Assembly: GCA_965112155.1 (NCBI GenBank)
Contig: OZ218104.1
Reading direction: 5' to 3' (one strand)
DNA: 64,000 nucleotides
Source of the DNA: Podarcis liolepis
Taxonomy: Eukaryota
Of this stretch, positions 1 to 11,289 are shown one piece after another. How positions within the stretch are numbered: the first letter of the stretch is position 1; every line of letters starts with the position of its first letter. The position numbers were made by a program, and so were the translations under genes. The notes beneath the pieces are model-generated. The model had not been told where the DNA came from, did not search any database, and saw only the letters and a program-made list of their open reading frames with translations.

Positions 1-272
1 GTGACATCAGGTATGTGGGAGCTGAAACAGCCCGGCAAAAATTGGGACACATGTCGGGTCAAATCTGGCCTGAAGATTGGAGGGTCCCCCCCCCCAATTT
101 GGTTAGGTAGTGACTATGTGCTGCAATATTGTAATAGCAACACATGAATTACTGGTAAACCAGATAATTCTCTGTGTTTATCTGGAGCACAATATTTACA
201 ACTCATTCAAGTGTTTTGCATTTGATACAACCATGCACATGAGATGAAATTTCCCTGGGCAGAGCAATTCAC

Positions 273-474
273 CTTTTTGGGCCTCCGTATTCCAAAGTGG
301 CAGGTGAGCCCGGTTGGTGTGAGTGTAGAAGACGCCCACATCCTGGGGAGCCAACAACTCTGCAAAGCGGCAGGACTCCAAGCATTTCCTTTTGCAATTC
401 AGGACAGAGGCGGCTTGCTCAGAGACATGCACAGTCCGCCCAGAGAGCAATGAAAAGATGGCTACAAAGGTGTC
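273..474 (-). CDS. PER3: PER3 coding exon 4 (202 nt, start of PAS-A: [13 protein letters not shown]...WNTEAQK)
   Basis: ctccag| acceptor, G|gtgaa donor; phase 0 in, phase 1 out. Confidence 0.93.
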
Positions 475-3400
475 CTGGAGGAAAAGAAGCACAATCCTCA
501 AGCACAGCCAGAACAGCAGGAGCCACTTGGCAAGCCAACAAGATCACAGAGAGACACAGATGTTCAGTTTTCAGGTTACAAATCGGGATCCAGTTGCCAC
601 CTGCCGCTTCTCAGCTACATGGTATGTCCTTAAACCAGAAGCAAGGGCCCTTAAGGTCCAAGGGTCAAATGTGCCCTCCATGCCTCCCTCTCTTGGGACT
701 CTCCTCAAGCCCTGCTCCTCTACCAGCAGCCCCACTCCATGCCCTCCACCAAGTGCTTCTTGCCTAGAGGAATGAGTCCTGAAGTGTGAGAAGATTTCCT
801 GCTTGCCTATGTGGAGGATGGAGATGGAGATATGCATGTTTAAGAAATTCTCTGGTTGAAATGTAGCCATCTGTACAAAGCTAAGGGACACATCTCTTGC
901 TCTGCCTTGCTTTCAGCTTCTGGCTCCACCTACTAGGGAATGTGGCCTTGCTTCATCTAAAAGGTCCCTCCCCCACCTGATTCAGGATGGAGATAGGTTA
1001 CTGACATCAACACAGAACCCTCGCGGCCTTGTGTTTTCCAGAGGCTGAGAAGCAAAAGTGTCCCAAGGACCTGCACACAGACAGATCCACCAATTCCTGC
1101 TCAGTGCTTTTATCACTCATTAGTACTTCTTGGGAGGTCTCTGTCATCCCTTCTCTAAGAGTGAAGCAGAGATGCAGCTTTACAGCGAAGGAAGACAACA
1201 GCCATTTTGTGGTGGTTACGTTTTAGGAAGCGTCTTTGAGCTGCTGCTAACTCTTTGACCAGTACACCTGAAATGGGCAAAGAGCCCCAATTAGCATTCG
1301 GGTCACTTACTGTGTTTTTGGGGGTGTGCTCAGACATGATGGCTGCCAGCTTTTCCACTCCATACACAGCGGCATCGGTCTGATGTGCTCCATGCTTACC
1401 AAAAGCCTTAGAAACTTTGTTGTCAGCTGGTGAGGAGGCAAGGGAAGCAAGAGGCAGTGGGGAGAAATCAGCAATGAGCAGGTGGCAAATTTGGGTATTT
1501 CTTACGTAACCCTGCTTGTAAAATGACCATGCCAGATTCAAGATCCCTTTCTAAGGAAGAATTCAAAGTCATGCTGTCACTGAACACCACGAGCGGCCAG
1601 TGGCCCCTTCCTGAAAGCCCAACATATTCTGTGTGCCCTCTCATAGTCCCTGTCTTGGCAGGTGCACCCTCCTGGGTTACACTGCTTGCTCATGTGAGAG
1701 AGCACAAGAGAGGTGGAACCCAGGAAACTGCCATTACATGTGCCACCCTTCAGCACCCTCCAGAACACTGGACTCAATCCCCAGCATCATACAGCCATGC
1801 CAATAGATGGGAGTTGGGGCACAGGCCGACACGTGCAGTGTGGGATTTCTTCAAATGCACCCACGTACCTTGGATCTGCTGGACACACTTGAGAGCGTAG
1901 TTCAGGGCACAGAGGGTGCTGGCCTTGCTGCAACTCTCCACCTGCTCTGCAGGGAGATATTGCTTCATTTCCTGGATCAGCAGCTTCAGCTTTCTATTAT
2001 TACTTTGGTTCCAACAAAGCAGCTCACTGCAGATGAATACAAAAAAACGCACAACAGCACATTTTAGAAAGAAGGGCCTTTCTTAGGTGATATCTGCTTT
2101 GGGTGGGGAGAAGCTGAAAGCCATGTTTGCTCCAGCACAAAGAAAGGTTGCTCCTTGTGCTGTAAAGAAGGACCTGGAGCTCTGTCATCTAACAGGACCA
2201 GTATGTGGGCAAGGCTGGCGCATGGAACCCTATTTGTTTATGGCACTTCGCACATTCCAGGCTCTACATTTCTTGTCACAAGCCCCAGAAACACTTCAGA
2301 CTGCCTGGCCCTCAGCTAAAATACCTGAGCGCACTGAAGCATGCCTTTAAAAGCCATTATGGCCCAAGATAATAGCGCCCTCTGTATGGACTCCTATGCC
2401 CCCATTTTGAACCCTGCTCCATATCCCGCTTTCCAAGAGGCATGGCTAGGAGCATGGCCTTTTCTGAAATTGCCTCTAGAGCTGTAGAATGGCCTCTCTG
2501 GGAAGGGTAGGAACAGTTCTTTCTTTCTCCGTGGGTTTTGAATTTTAAAAAAGTATGTATTCTGGTGGCTTCTGAAGTCTCCTGTGGTTTAATTTACTTA
2601 CTTGCTGTGCCTCACTATTGTGGTTTTAAATTTTTATTGCACTCCCCACCCCCCGCAATGCCAATCATATGCACAATTGCGGGAAGTCTGCTGCTGCATG
2701 AAAGGATCTGTGGATTAAGGGATTAACCCACTTTTAGTCCAAGGCAACTGGCAGGCACCAGGCTGGCCAAGGCTGCAATTAACCCAATACTGCCTTTAGA
2801 AGGGCATTTCTGCTCTGCGTGGAGGAAATCAGCTGGCAACTCTTTCTTATTTCACTCCTGCCAAATCTGGTTAATATGATGGGGATGCCTTCATCCCAAA
2901 GCAAGCACTACATGGATCAGTGAAGGTTACCCGATTTGGGGGGGGGGCAGTATTGAGCCCACCCAATTCTTGGATGGTGGAGACGAAGGGAGGATAGAGT
3001 CACCTACTCCTCCCTGGAACTTTGCATCCATTCATCCCCCAAGTGTCACTCTGTGACCACAACTGACTGGTCTATACTTGAATACCTCCAAATGTGGCCC
3101 AAAGACATGGTGCTTGGCTCCTAAATTCAGGCCCAGCAGTTCTAGCAGCTCCTGGTTTCAACCCTGGGACATTATAAGCGCCAACTTTAGAATCAGAACG
3201 CGGCCATGCTTTTCACCAAACTGGCAAAAAGAGTTACCTGCTGCAGCTGCTGCTGCTACCACTGCCACCTACAGATCTGTTCTGCCCATCAGGATTTCTG
3301 GCCAAGCTGCCATTTGATTCAAGGCAGTGAGTGCTGGTCCCGCTGGACTCATTTCCAATGGAGCTGCTTTCTGTACTTCCACCACAACGTATCTGTGCGG

Positions 3401-3527
3401 CGGCTTCTTCGCAGGTACCATTCTGCTCAAGAGTATCGCCTTCCCGGTTCTCAATTTCGGCCAAGTTGGCCGGCAACCAGTTTTCCTGCTGGTCCAAGAA
3501 GTCATCCTGGAGCAGGTCCTCATTCAT
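273..3527 (-). CDS. PER3: Period circadian regulator 3, 5' part (coding exons 3527-3238, 2026-1869, 1426-1311, 474-273; gene continues beyond window start)
   Basis: The spliced translation is in frame with GT-AG junctions. It contains PER motifs [25 protein letters not shown] and SEHTPKNT|[25 protein letters not shown] (start of PAS-A). Position downstream of VAMP3 matches vertebrate CAMTA1-VAMP3-PER3 synteny. Confidence 0.93.
1311..1426 (-). CDS. PER3: PER3 coding exon 3 (116 nt, ADNKVSK...SEHTPKNT)
   Basis: caccag| acceptor, ACA|gtaagt donor; phases fit neighbouring exons. Confidence 0.92.
1869..2026 (-). CDS. PER3: PER3 coding exon 2 (158 nt, ELLCWNQ...[13 protein letters not shown])
   Basis: ctgcag| acceptor after a T-rich tract, G|gtacgt donor; conserved PER N-terminal helix. 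Confidence 0.92.
3238..3527 (-). CDS. PER3: PER3 first coding exon ([10 protein letters not shown]...SGSSSSCS); exon probably begins at acceptor 3607
   Basis: ATG with A at -3; Ser/acidic-rich PER-like N-terminus; CAG|gtaa donor in phase 2 matching the next exon; ttttccag| acceptor at 3608. Confidence 0.8.
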
Positions 3528-6500
3528 AGTGAGCGGACAAAGGGCTACAGTAAGGAGGCTTCTATTGCCATGGCCTGGTCAAATTCAAGTTCTCCCTTCT
3601 AAGCCACCTGGAAAACCGCATGAATCTATCATTAGCAATCGCCCCCTTTTCATTTTACTGTTGAAAACAATGTGTTCATGTGACACCTCTGGATGGGCAC
3701 AGCATCCAGAATCACTGCATCCTCTCCGTGTGAAGATGACCCAATGGCCCCAGATTTTTGTGGGGAGTTAGCTTCAGACAGCTCTCCCGACTGAGAGCTG
3801 CAGAAGCCTTTTGTTTCAAGGACTCCATCTCCCCTTCGCCTTCATCCTGCAGCGCCTTCATCCTGGTGAAACAGAAGCCAAGTGGAGGGAGAGTGAGAAA
3901 GAGAAAGACAAGCTAATGATGATGAACATCTCCGCTAAGAGAGAAGAATAGCCCATAACCAGATGAGGATGGTGCATCTTACTCCTTTTGAAATGTCTCA
4001 GCACTGAAGCCAGACTGCTGCATTTCCATAACCACATTTGGGTCCATCAGAAGACCTGATTACTACTGCAGCCATGGGAGGGGGAAGCCCAGCACCCTGA
4101 CACATAATTGTCCCCATATTTCAAGCACTCCTGGAGGCTCCTCCTGAAATATGGAACTTTGACTGTGCTCACTGCACAATTACAGGAGGGAAAAGAACAC
4201 CCAAAGAGAGATTTTGCTTTGGTGGATTTCAGCAAACTTGCTTTTTTCGAATATATCTTTGTGGTGAATAGCTGGCTAACCCCACACACAGAACCATCCC
4301 CGGAGTGTCACAAAAGAGCAGGCAGAGCTTGGTTCTCAGTGCTTCAGTCAAGTCACTGCTGCTGCTCCACCACACACTTGCAGGCGGTTCACCAATACTT
4401 GGTGAACAGAAACTGGAGTCAACCTGCTGAAAGGCTGCAGGCAACAGACTCCCTTTCTAATTAAATTGAGGGGTGTTGCCACCTTGCTAGGCAGCCTCCT
4501 CAATAAAAATGCATCAAAAGCCAAAGAAAAAGGAAGCGTCTTGATGATCATATGTATCTAAGCTAGAACCCCTGAACAGCACAACTTGAAAGGTATTCAA
4601 CAAAGAAAAGACGAGCTTACAGTAAGGACAATAAATTCTGCTGTAACCGAATGTAAAGGTACCATAAAAGGCTTTTTCAAATAGACCGTCCCAGTTAATA
4701 CACCACATGCTAAAAAAATATGGGCAAAACACATGCAGTACAATCCTCAGCATGTTTAATGAAAAGAGAACTTTTGAAACTGCCACAGATTCCACTGCAA
4801 GTTCTGTTCACAACAGCTCCCAGGACACTCTAGGAGACACTGCCTTGAGTCTCATGCTCCTCTCCATTATTACATAATGCTTGTTAACACCCAACCTGAA
4901 ATTCTTCTTGTTGACTCATGGCTTGCTTGCCAAACCCAAGCAGAGGGACGTAATGTGCAAGAATCCCAGCTTCACATTGTTTGCAGCTTTATCCGGGGAC
5001 CAACGAAACAATACTTGTGGAAGCAAGAAATAAAATTCAAACAAAAAACAAAAACAGGACCATGTCATGTTTTAAATTGTTTGGTAAAAGTGCCTTTTGG
5101 CTGAGCTGCTTCCTTGGGTCACAACAATGACTGTTTATGGCAGGGGCGGGGAGCCTGTTGCTGCTGGATTTCGGCTCCCACCAGCCCCAGAAGCCAGGAT
5201 GTTGAAAATAGGAGCTGCAGGCCTGAAACGTTTGGAGGGGCACAGATGCCCCACCCCTGGTTGAAGAAAATGAGCTCAGGGGGATATTCCTGGACTTGAA
5301 GGTCTCCCCTCCCCTCCCCACCCAAAGACTCAAGTGCAGTTCAGAGAGTGAAAGCCTCCAAGGGAAGTGTGGAGGCAAGGAATCCACACCTTAATACAGG
5401 AGTATAACCAAAGCAGGAGATTCAATCTGCAGATAAGTGCGTAGGTGTGGAGATGACCCCTCCATTGTGCAAAGTTGGACCAGCAAAATGGTCTCAAAAA
5501 CCCAAGTGTTGCTGGGTTACAACTCCCACCCTCCCTGACCATCAGCCACGTTGTCTGGAACTGGAGGCGAACAATACTTGGGAGGGACAGTCACTCCCTA
5601 CCACTGTTCTACAATGTTGTACAACACTAACCATTGGGCATTAACTTCTGCCAAGGAAGCAACACAAAAAAGTAAGGGTAGCTGTGATGGCTGTTAAGGG
5701 AAAAACAAACCAGCAAGTCCTCCATAGGGCATGACCTTTATTGGGGCAACCAAAATATCACAAAATAGTATGCAAGCTTTTGAGTGCTCCAGAACTCATC
5801 ACCAAGCGAGATGGTAGACGGAGCTCCTCAGGGCTTCTCCCAGGCTGCAAGTTGGCCCACAGGGAGGCACGCCAATCAGGACCAACGTGCCACCACGAAT
5901 TCCTATTAATTACTTCCAGGGCATTTTTTCACTTGCTTATATAACACTAGATGAAGCAATGGAAGAGTGAAAATGATTTGCTAATTGTTAGCCTGGTACA
6001 GGACCATAAACACCAACATCTCCACCGTCCAACTCCAGCAGATTGTAATGTTTTGTCAAAACCCCAAAGTCCATACTGTGCAACAAGCTTCTATTTTTCC
6101 TATAACAGGGTGTGCTTCCTCTTGGGGGGCAGGATTAATAATTTTTTCAAAGCCAGTGCAACAGAGGTAAAGCAAGCTTGAAAAGCACTCTCAGAAATGC
6201 AGGCAGTGATGTCACAAAAGACGAGCAATCAACTCTAAGCAAGAAAATAATAAATCCAAGCTGAATAGGGAGGGGGAGAGGAACACTGCACAATAGACCT
6301 TTTCTGGCAATAGTCCTGAACAAGGTAACACAACTTGCATAGAAATTTCACACCAGATCTTCCCGCAACGGATCTTGTGCACTCCACATCTTATTAAAAG
6401 GAGACTCTTAAATGAGGAGGGGCAGGAGGAGAAGCTTTTAGGTTTTCACCTAAACATGCCTGAAAGTCTCATCAGGGGAAGGTTGGGGGTTGAGTAGCAC

Positions 6501-7946
6501 CTAGTAACATTGGGGGCATGAAGATTTGAATGAGGCTAGTATGAACAAAAGTGGGGGGAAGCAGGGCAGTGTGCCCTAGACATCAGTGTGTGTGTGTGTC
6601 TTAAAATGGAGGAACTGGAAATAGTGTTTAACTGACAAGTGCTGAAGCAAAGTTTTGTGAGGAACCTACTCATAACTACCTGCACAACTACACAAGGCCC
6701 CTGGCTAACTGAACAGAAAGCAAATGAGCCACATTCCTGAATAATCTTAAGTTATGGGTGAAGTGGAATTCCATTCCCACAATAGTCTGACATGGTAGCT
6801 AAGACCAAGCAAATTAGGCCTACAGATTTTTACTTTCTGAACTTTCTGGTGCCCTAGATTAGATGATGCAGAGACCATTGCTTAGTTTCAAAAGATGTTT
6901 TTGCAGCCAACTGTCTAAATCTCTCCCTGCCGCCCCGGAATAAATCTGAAACACGTCTTCTTGCAACAGGTGAAGACCATACCTGCAAAGAACTGTTAAA
7001 GATGAAGGGAACAAAGAGTGTGTGTGCGCGTACGTACATACCAAAATATTTAATGGACATCCTACTCCACAGCAGGAAAAAGATCTTCCTTTAAACAGCG
7101 GACCCTATCCCAATGATCCCTATAGCTTAGCCCAATACTAATTATTATTGTATACTATTATGTTTATTTATTTATACTCCACCTTTTCCCGACAGGGACT
7201 CAAAGTAGCTTACGGATAAAAATAAGAGCACAGTAAAACAACAACAAAAAACTGGAAAACAACTAAACATAGATAGAAATCAAACTATATATACACAAAG
7301 TATCACGCCCCACCCCTGTGTCACCCTGTTCTCAATAGCCACCACTACAGTACGATTGGTGGAGAGACAGATACAAGGATGAGAATCATGGAGAGGTAAA
7401 AGGAAACACAGCAAAAATGCTTATTATCATTCCTGGGAAGTGGCTAGTGGGAGAGAAAGAGGTGGAGACCTGGGAGGAGTTCTATACTTTACTTTTGATT
7501 GCAATGTTTAAACAATGGGCGCATCTTTTCACCACCACCGCAAGGCACCGTGAGGCTGCTGTGCTGGTCTCTCCCAGCCCTTTCCCCCGCCCCGCCCCCC
7601 TCCCGAGGTTTGGAGGCTTTTAACGCAGCAGAGCAGCAGAAAACGACTCCAGGCGAAGTTTCACCCCGTCCTAGAGAAAGCAAAGCAGCTCCCCCCCCCA
7701 AAAAAAAACAACCCACAGGAAAAAAACCACAGAGGCAAAACAGATTTCTCCTGCTCCCTATCCTGGAGGGTCGGGGCTCTAGGAGTAAACGCAATCTTCA
7801 GACACACGATTGGGGAGACAGAGCAAAAGCCAGGCAAGGAGAGAGACCTCAAGGTAAAAGGGGGCCACGGCCACAGGGAGCTTTAACCGGGGCGGAGAAA
7901 CATTTGACTACGATCCTTACGGAAACCCCGCCCTTTTATCTGTCCT

Positions 7947-8057
7947 GGAGTTGGAAGGGACCCCAGGGTCATCTAGTTCAACCCCCTACAATGCAGACGG
8001 GGCTCGAACCCACGACCGTGATATTAATAGACCCTCCCTGCTCTACCGGACTGAGCT
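7947..8057 (-). mobile_element. Degenerate tRNA-derived SINE with CR1-like 3' end
   Basis: Minus strand reads agctcagtccggtagagc...ggtcgtgggttcgagcccc (A/B boxes), followed by a tail similar to the copy at 60202-60345. Confidence 0.65.
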
Positions 8058-8139
8058 GAATTGAAGTGCGTGTCTTTTAGGTGATTCCTCCTCAAAACAA
8101 ACACCAACTGGCAACTCTTTACCTTTACTCCTCCCCGCT

Positions 8140-8830
8140 CCCCACAAAAACGACCGCGTCCAGCCAAGTTGCTAGTCCTCAGGACGCACGTGGTGGCGGG
8201 GGCAACCCGGCTCTGGGCGCCCCACTTCTCCCATTCACTCACCCGCCATCAGCACCGACCTTCGCCTCCGCTCGCTCTTTCCCCTCACACTTTACACACA
8301 TCCGCGCAACGTGACAGGAGCCCCGCCCCCAGGGCCCGTAGGCGGGCGCGCCATCCGCATGAGAGTCCTGATTGGACCGCCGCGCGGAGGGGCGGGGCCG
8401 AAAGGGCGGGGTCTTAAAGAGGGCCAGAGTTGCTATTGGTAGAGAGAGGGAGGAGCCCGCGGGAAGTCGCGCTTCCATGCCTCGTGCCTGAGGAGGGTGT
8501 TACGCCCACCGCCGCTCGCTCTTGGAACGAGGGGAGCAGAAAAGGGTGTTCTACGTGTGGTGTGCACACGCGCACTCACTCCTTTCCCGCGCGCATGCTC
8601 GGGAGCGAACGGTGGTCAAATGGGCGGGGAGGGAGGCGGCTGCCCTTTGCTGCGCATGCTCAGCAACGGCCGCTTCGCAGTAAACATGTTTGCGAGGCGC
8701 GCCCAGCTGCTTCCCGCAGTCTTCCTAACGAGTGTATACTCTCAGGAGGGAAGCGGCTGTTCCTAGCGATCTTCTGCCCAGACGGCTTTGGCTGCCCTTT
8801 GCCAATCTCTGTCGGTCTCCAAGGCCGCCT
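8140..8830 (-). promoter_or_regulatory. PER3: PER3 CpG-island promoter with probable non-coding exon 1 (donor GG|gtgagt at 8243/8242)
   Basis: CpG-rich region. CCAAT boxes (minus strand) at 8371-8375 and 8435-8439, GC boxes ~8389-8411, E-box CACGTG 8187-8192, E'-box CACGTT 8308-8313, NRF1-like GCGCATGC ~8591 and ~8652. Confidence 0.75.
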
Positions 8831-10334
8831 GGTAAAGTCACGAGCCTGGAAAGGCGATTAAAAACAAAAATAAAAATAAAAATTTGGAAAGTTCTGGTCC
8901 CAAGTTCAGCATTTCCAAAAAGGGAGCTGGTTCCACTTCGCAGTTTCCTCCTTTTACAAGACAAAACTTTTTTTAAAATAATTTTTAATAGTTTTCAATT
9001 ACAATCCAATAATAGCCCCATTATAACAATACCAAATTAGAAAACAATTATGAATATGAATCGTTCAAATTCCAAGTTAAATATTTTTAGTGCCCCCCCC
9101 CCCGTGGTAAAATTGATGGTTTGGTGATTTTATTTCTGTGTTCCAAAATTTTACTTCAATTACATTCCAGGGAACTATTTTGAGGTTGCGGTTCAGATAG
9201 CCTTCAACTAATTCTGCAAACTTCACAAAACTAGTTCGCTCCAAGTGCTGAAAGTGTCTTACTGTCGTGGGCTTGCCAATGCCAGGATGTTTGCGTTATC
9301 GACCCATCTGGTCTGGTGTGCCGTGTTTTGCCACAGAATATGCGACGTCTTTTTTCCTGCCTCTTATTTTCATCCGACTTCCCCGTTTCCTGCCGCCCCC
9401 CGCCTCCATCAAACACTGACACACACACCTTTGCCAATCCTGTTTGCAGCTCTTCATGCATCTGGTCAAGGGGCTGCAGCCCACAGAAGCACTTCTACCA
9501 GCCTTGCCCCTACATGGACCCCCTTCAGATGTTTTAAGCTCTCAGCTGCCAATCTGCATCAGGCCACTGTCCTTGGTTGCATCTAAAACTCAGGTAGGGC
9601 ACCATCGGGGGGGGGGGGGATGAAGGGAAGGCTGGCCTAGGCCCTGAATGGAGAAAGTGGCTGTGGCCCCTTAGCTGCTGCCACATTTCCAACTCCCAGC
9701 CTGCCTAATGATCAGGGGTGGCAGTGGGCAACATCTGGAGGGTGACCGGTGCCACACCAGCCCTTCTAGGGGTGAGAGGAGACCAGACAGTGCCTCCTAT
9801 CCATGGGCAGGCTGCTGTGAAGGTGGCATGGGGGTGCTGCCAAGGAGGCAGAAGATCTGGCCTCCAAGGAGCACAACACAACTGTTGCTGCCACAGCGTG
9901 CAATATCTTTCTTGGGGGCCAGAGCTGCTGCTCCTGTGGTCCTACACCTTGCCTCATGGGTGGGCCGGTCCTGGTAGCAAAACTATTGCTCTCCAGCCTG
10001 TTTGCGGGGTGCCAGGAGCCGTCTGGTTGACCAACGTCGGAAAGAAGACACCAGGGTAGATGGACTTTTAGGTCTGTGGCAGGTGCAGGGCTCATTGGGT
10101 GAGTCCACAGCTATTCTGTGCACATGGCAACCTTATGACAAGAGCATGCGCCAAGCCAGGATAAGCCAACAAAAAGAAGCTGAGGCTTACTGGCACAAAG
10201 TTAGCTATTAAAAAGGGGGAAGGGAACCTTCAAAGGAAAAGAAGTTGCAGAATGTGACAGTTAGTCTGTCACTATCTGGAGTGACACAGCACTCTTCACT
10301 TGAGAACTTCAAGAGCCTTGCAGCTGAACCAGGC

Positions 10335-11015
10335 TATTACAAGAAAAAAACTGCTCCCTTTCCCTTATGGGGTACCCAAGAGCCCATACAGAGTCCTTAT
10401 GTAGGTCGGTATGAGAAAATAAGAAGCCAACCAGAGAATATTGAGAAGCAAAGACACTAGTAAGCCTGATCCTTATTAAACTGTTGCAAAAGGGTCTCAA
10501 CCCCCCCACCCCACGCAGGAGGAAGGAGAGGAACCCTGAACAATGGTGTGCCAGCCCTTATATAGACTTTCTGAAATTGCCCACACTAGAGCCCAAGACC
10601 ACCCCCCAATACATCAAAAATACATCACTGAAGGGGTGGTCTACAGCAGAAATACATCACAGGAGGCAGTCTACAGCAGAAATCCTGTCTGGCAGGAAAC
10701 CTGTTGATGGGTTTACCTGGAGAGCCTGGCCAGTCTTATGTGGTGATAAATACTTAATTCCAGAGTCCACATCACAGGCTCACCCTATTCATATCTTAAA
10801 TGTGCCCTTAAGGCAGGATTTGTGAGCAAAGACACAGTGGGAAGGTTTTTCCCATTTCCTCCCTCCTTGCAGAGAAACATTTGGTCAATTTGGGAGAGTG
10901 AAAATCGTTTCAGGACTGTCTTCCTGTACTGTTTCAGACATGTGGATTATATATTTATGTACATGTTTGCCTTGTACATTTATTTTATATCTAAGTCCTT
11001 ATAATTCTTATAACA
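10335..11015 (-). mobile_element. Solo LTR (ERV/Gypsy-type), 681 bp
   Basis: Minus strand starts TGTTATAAG and ends CTTGTAATA (imperfect terminal inverted repeat). 4-bp TSD AGGC at 10331-10334 and 11016-11019. ~30-bp tandem U3 repeats 10619-10683, TATATAAG at 10564-10557, degenerate polyA signal AATAAG ~10477-10472. Confidence 0.75.
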
Positions 11016-11289
11016 AGGCCAAAGGGAGTCTACCCAGTCGAGCATCTGGGGCCGACTGAATGACTTTACTGGTGAGCCTGCAAGAATGACCTGAGTGCAA
11101 GAACAGCAGAGCTCTCCCCGCTCATGAATCCCAGCAACTGCCCTGCAAAGCATACTGTGTCCGAAAGTGGAATTGAAACCAACAGCATCATGACCAGCAG
11201 AAAGCAGAAGTGAAAGGAGTAGAGGAAAATCCTCTGCGGCTTCCCTTCCACTTTTACTTTATTACTTTTACAAAAAAGAATGCACACTA

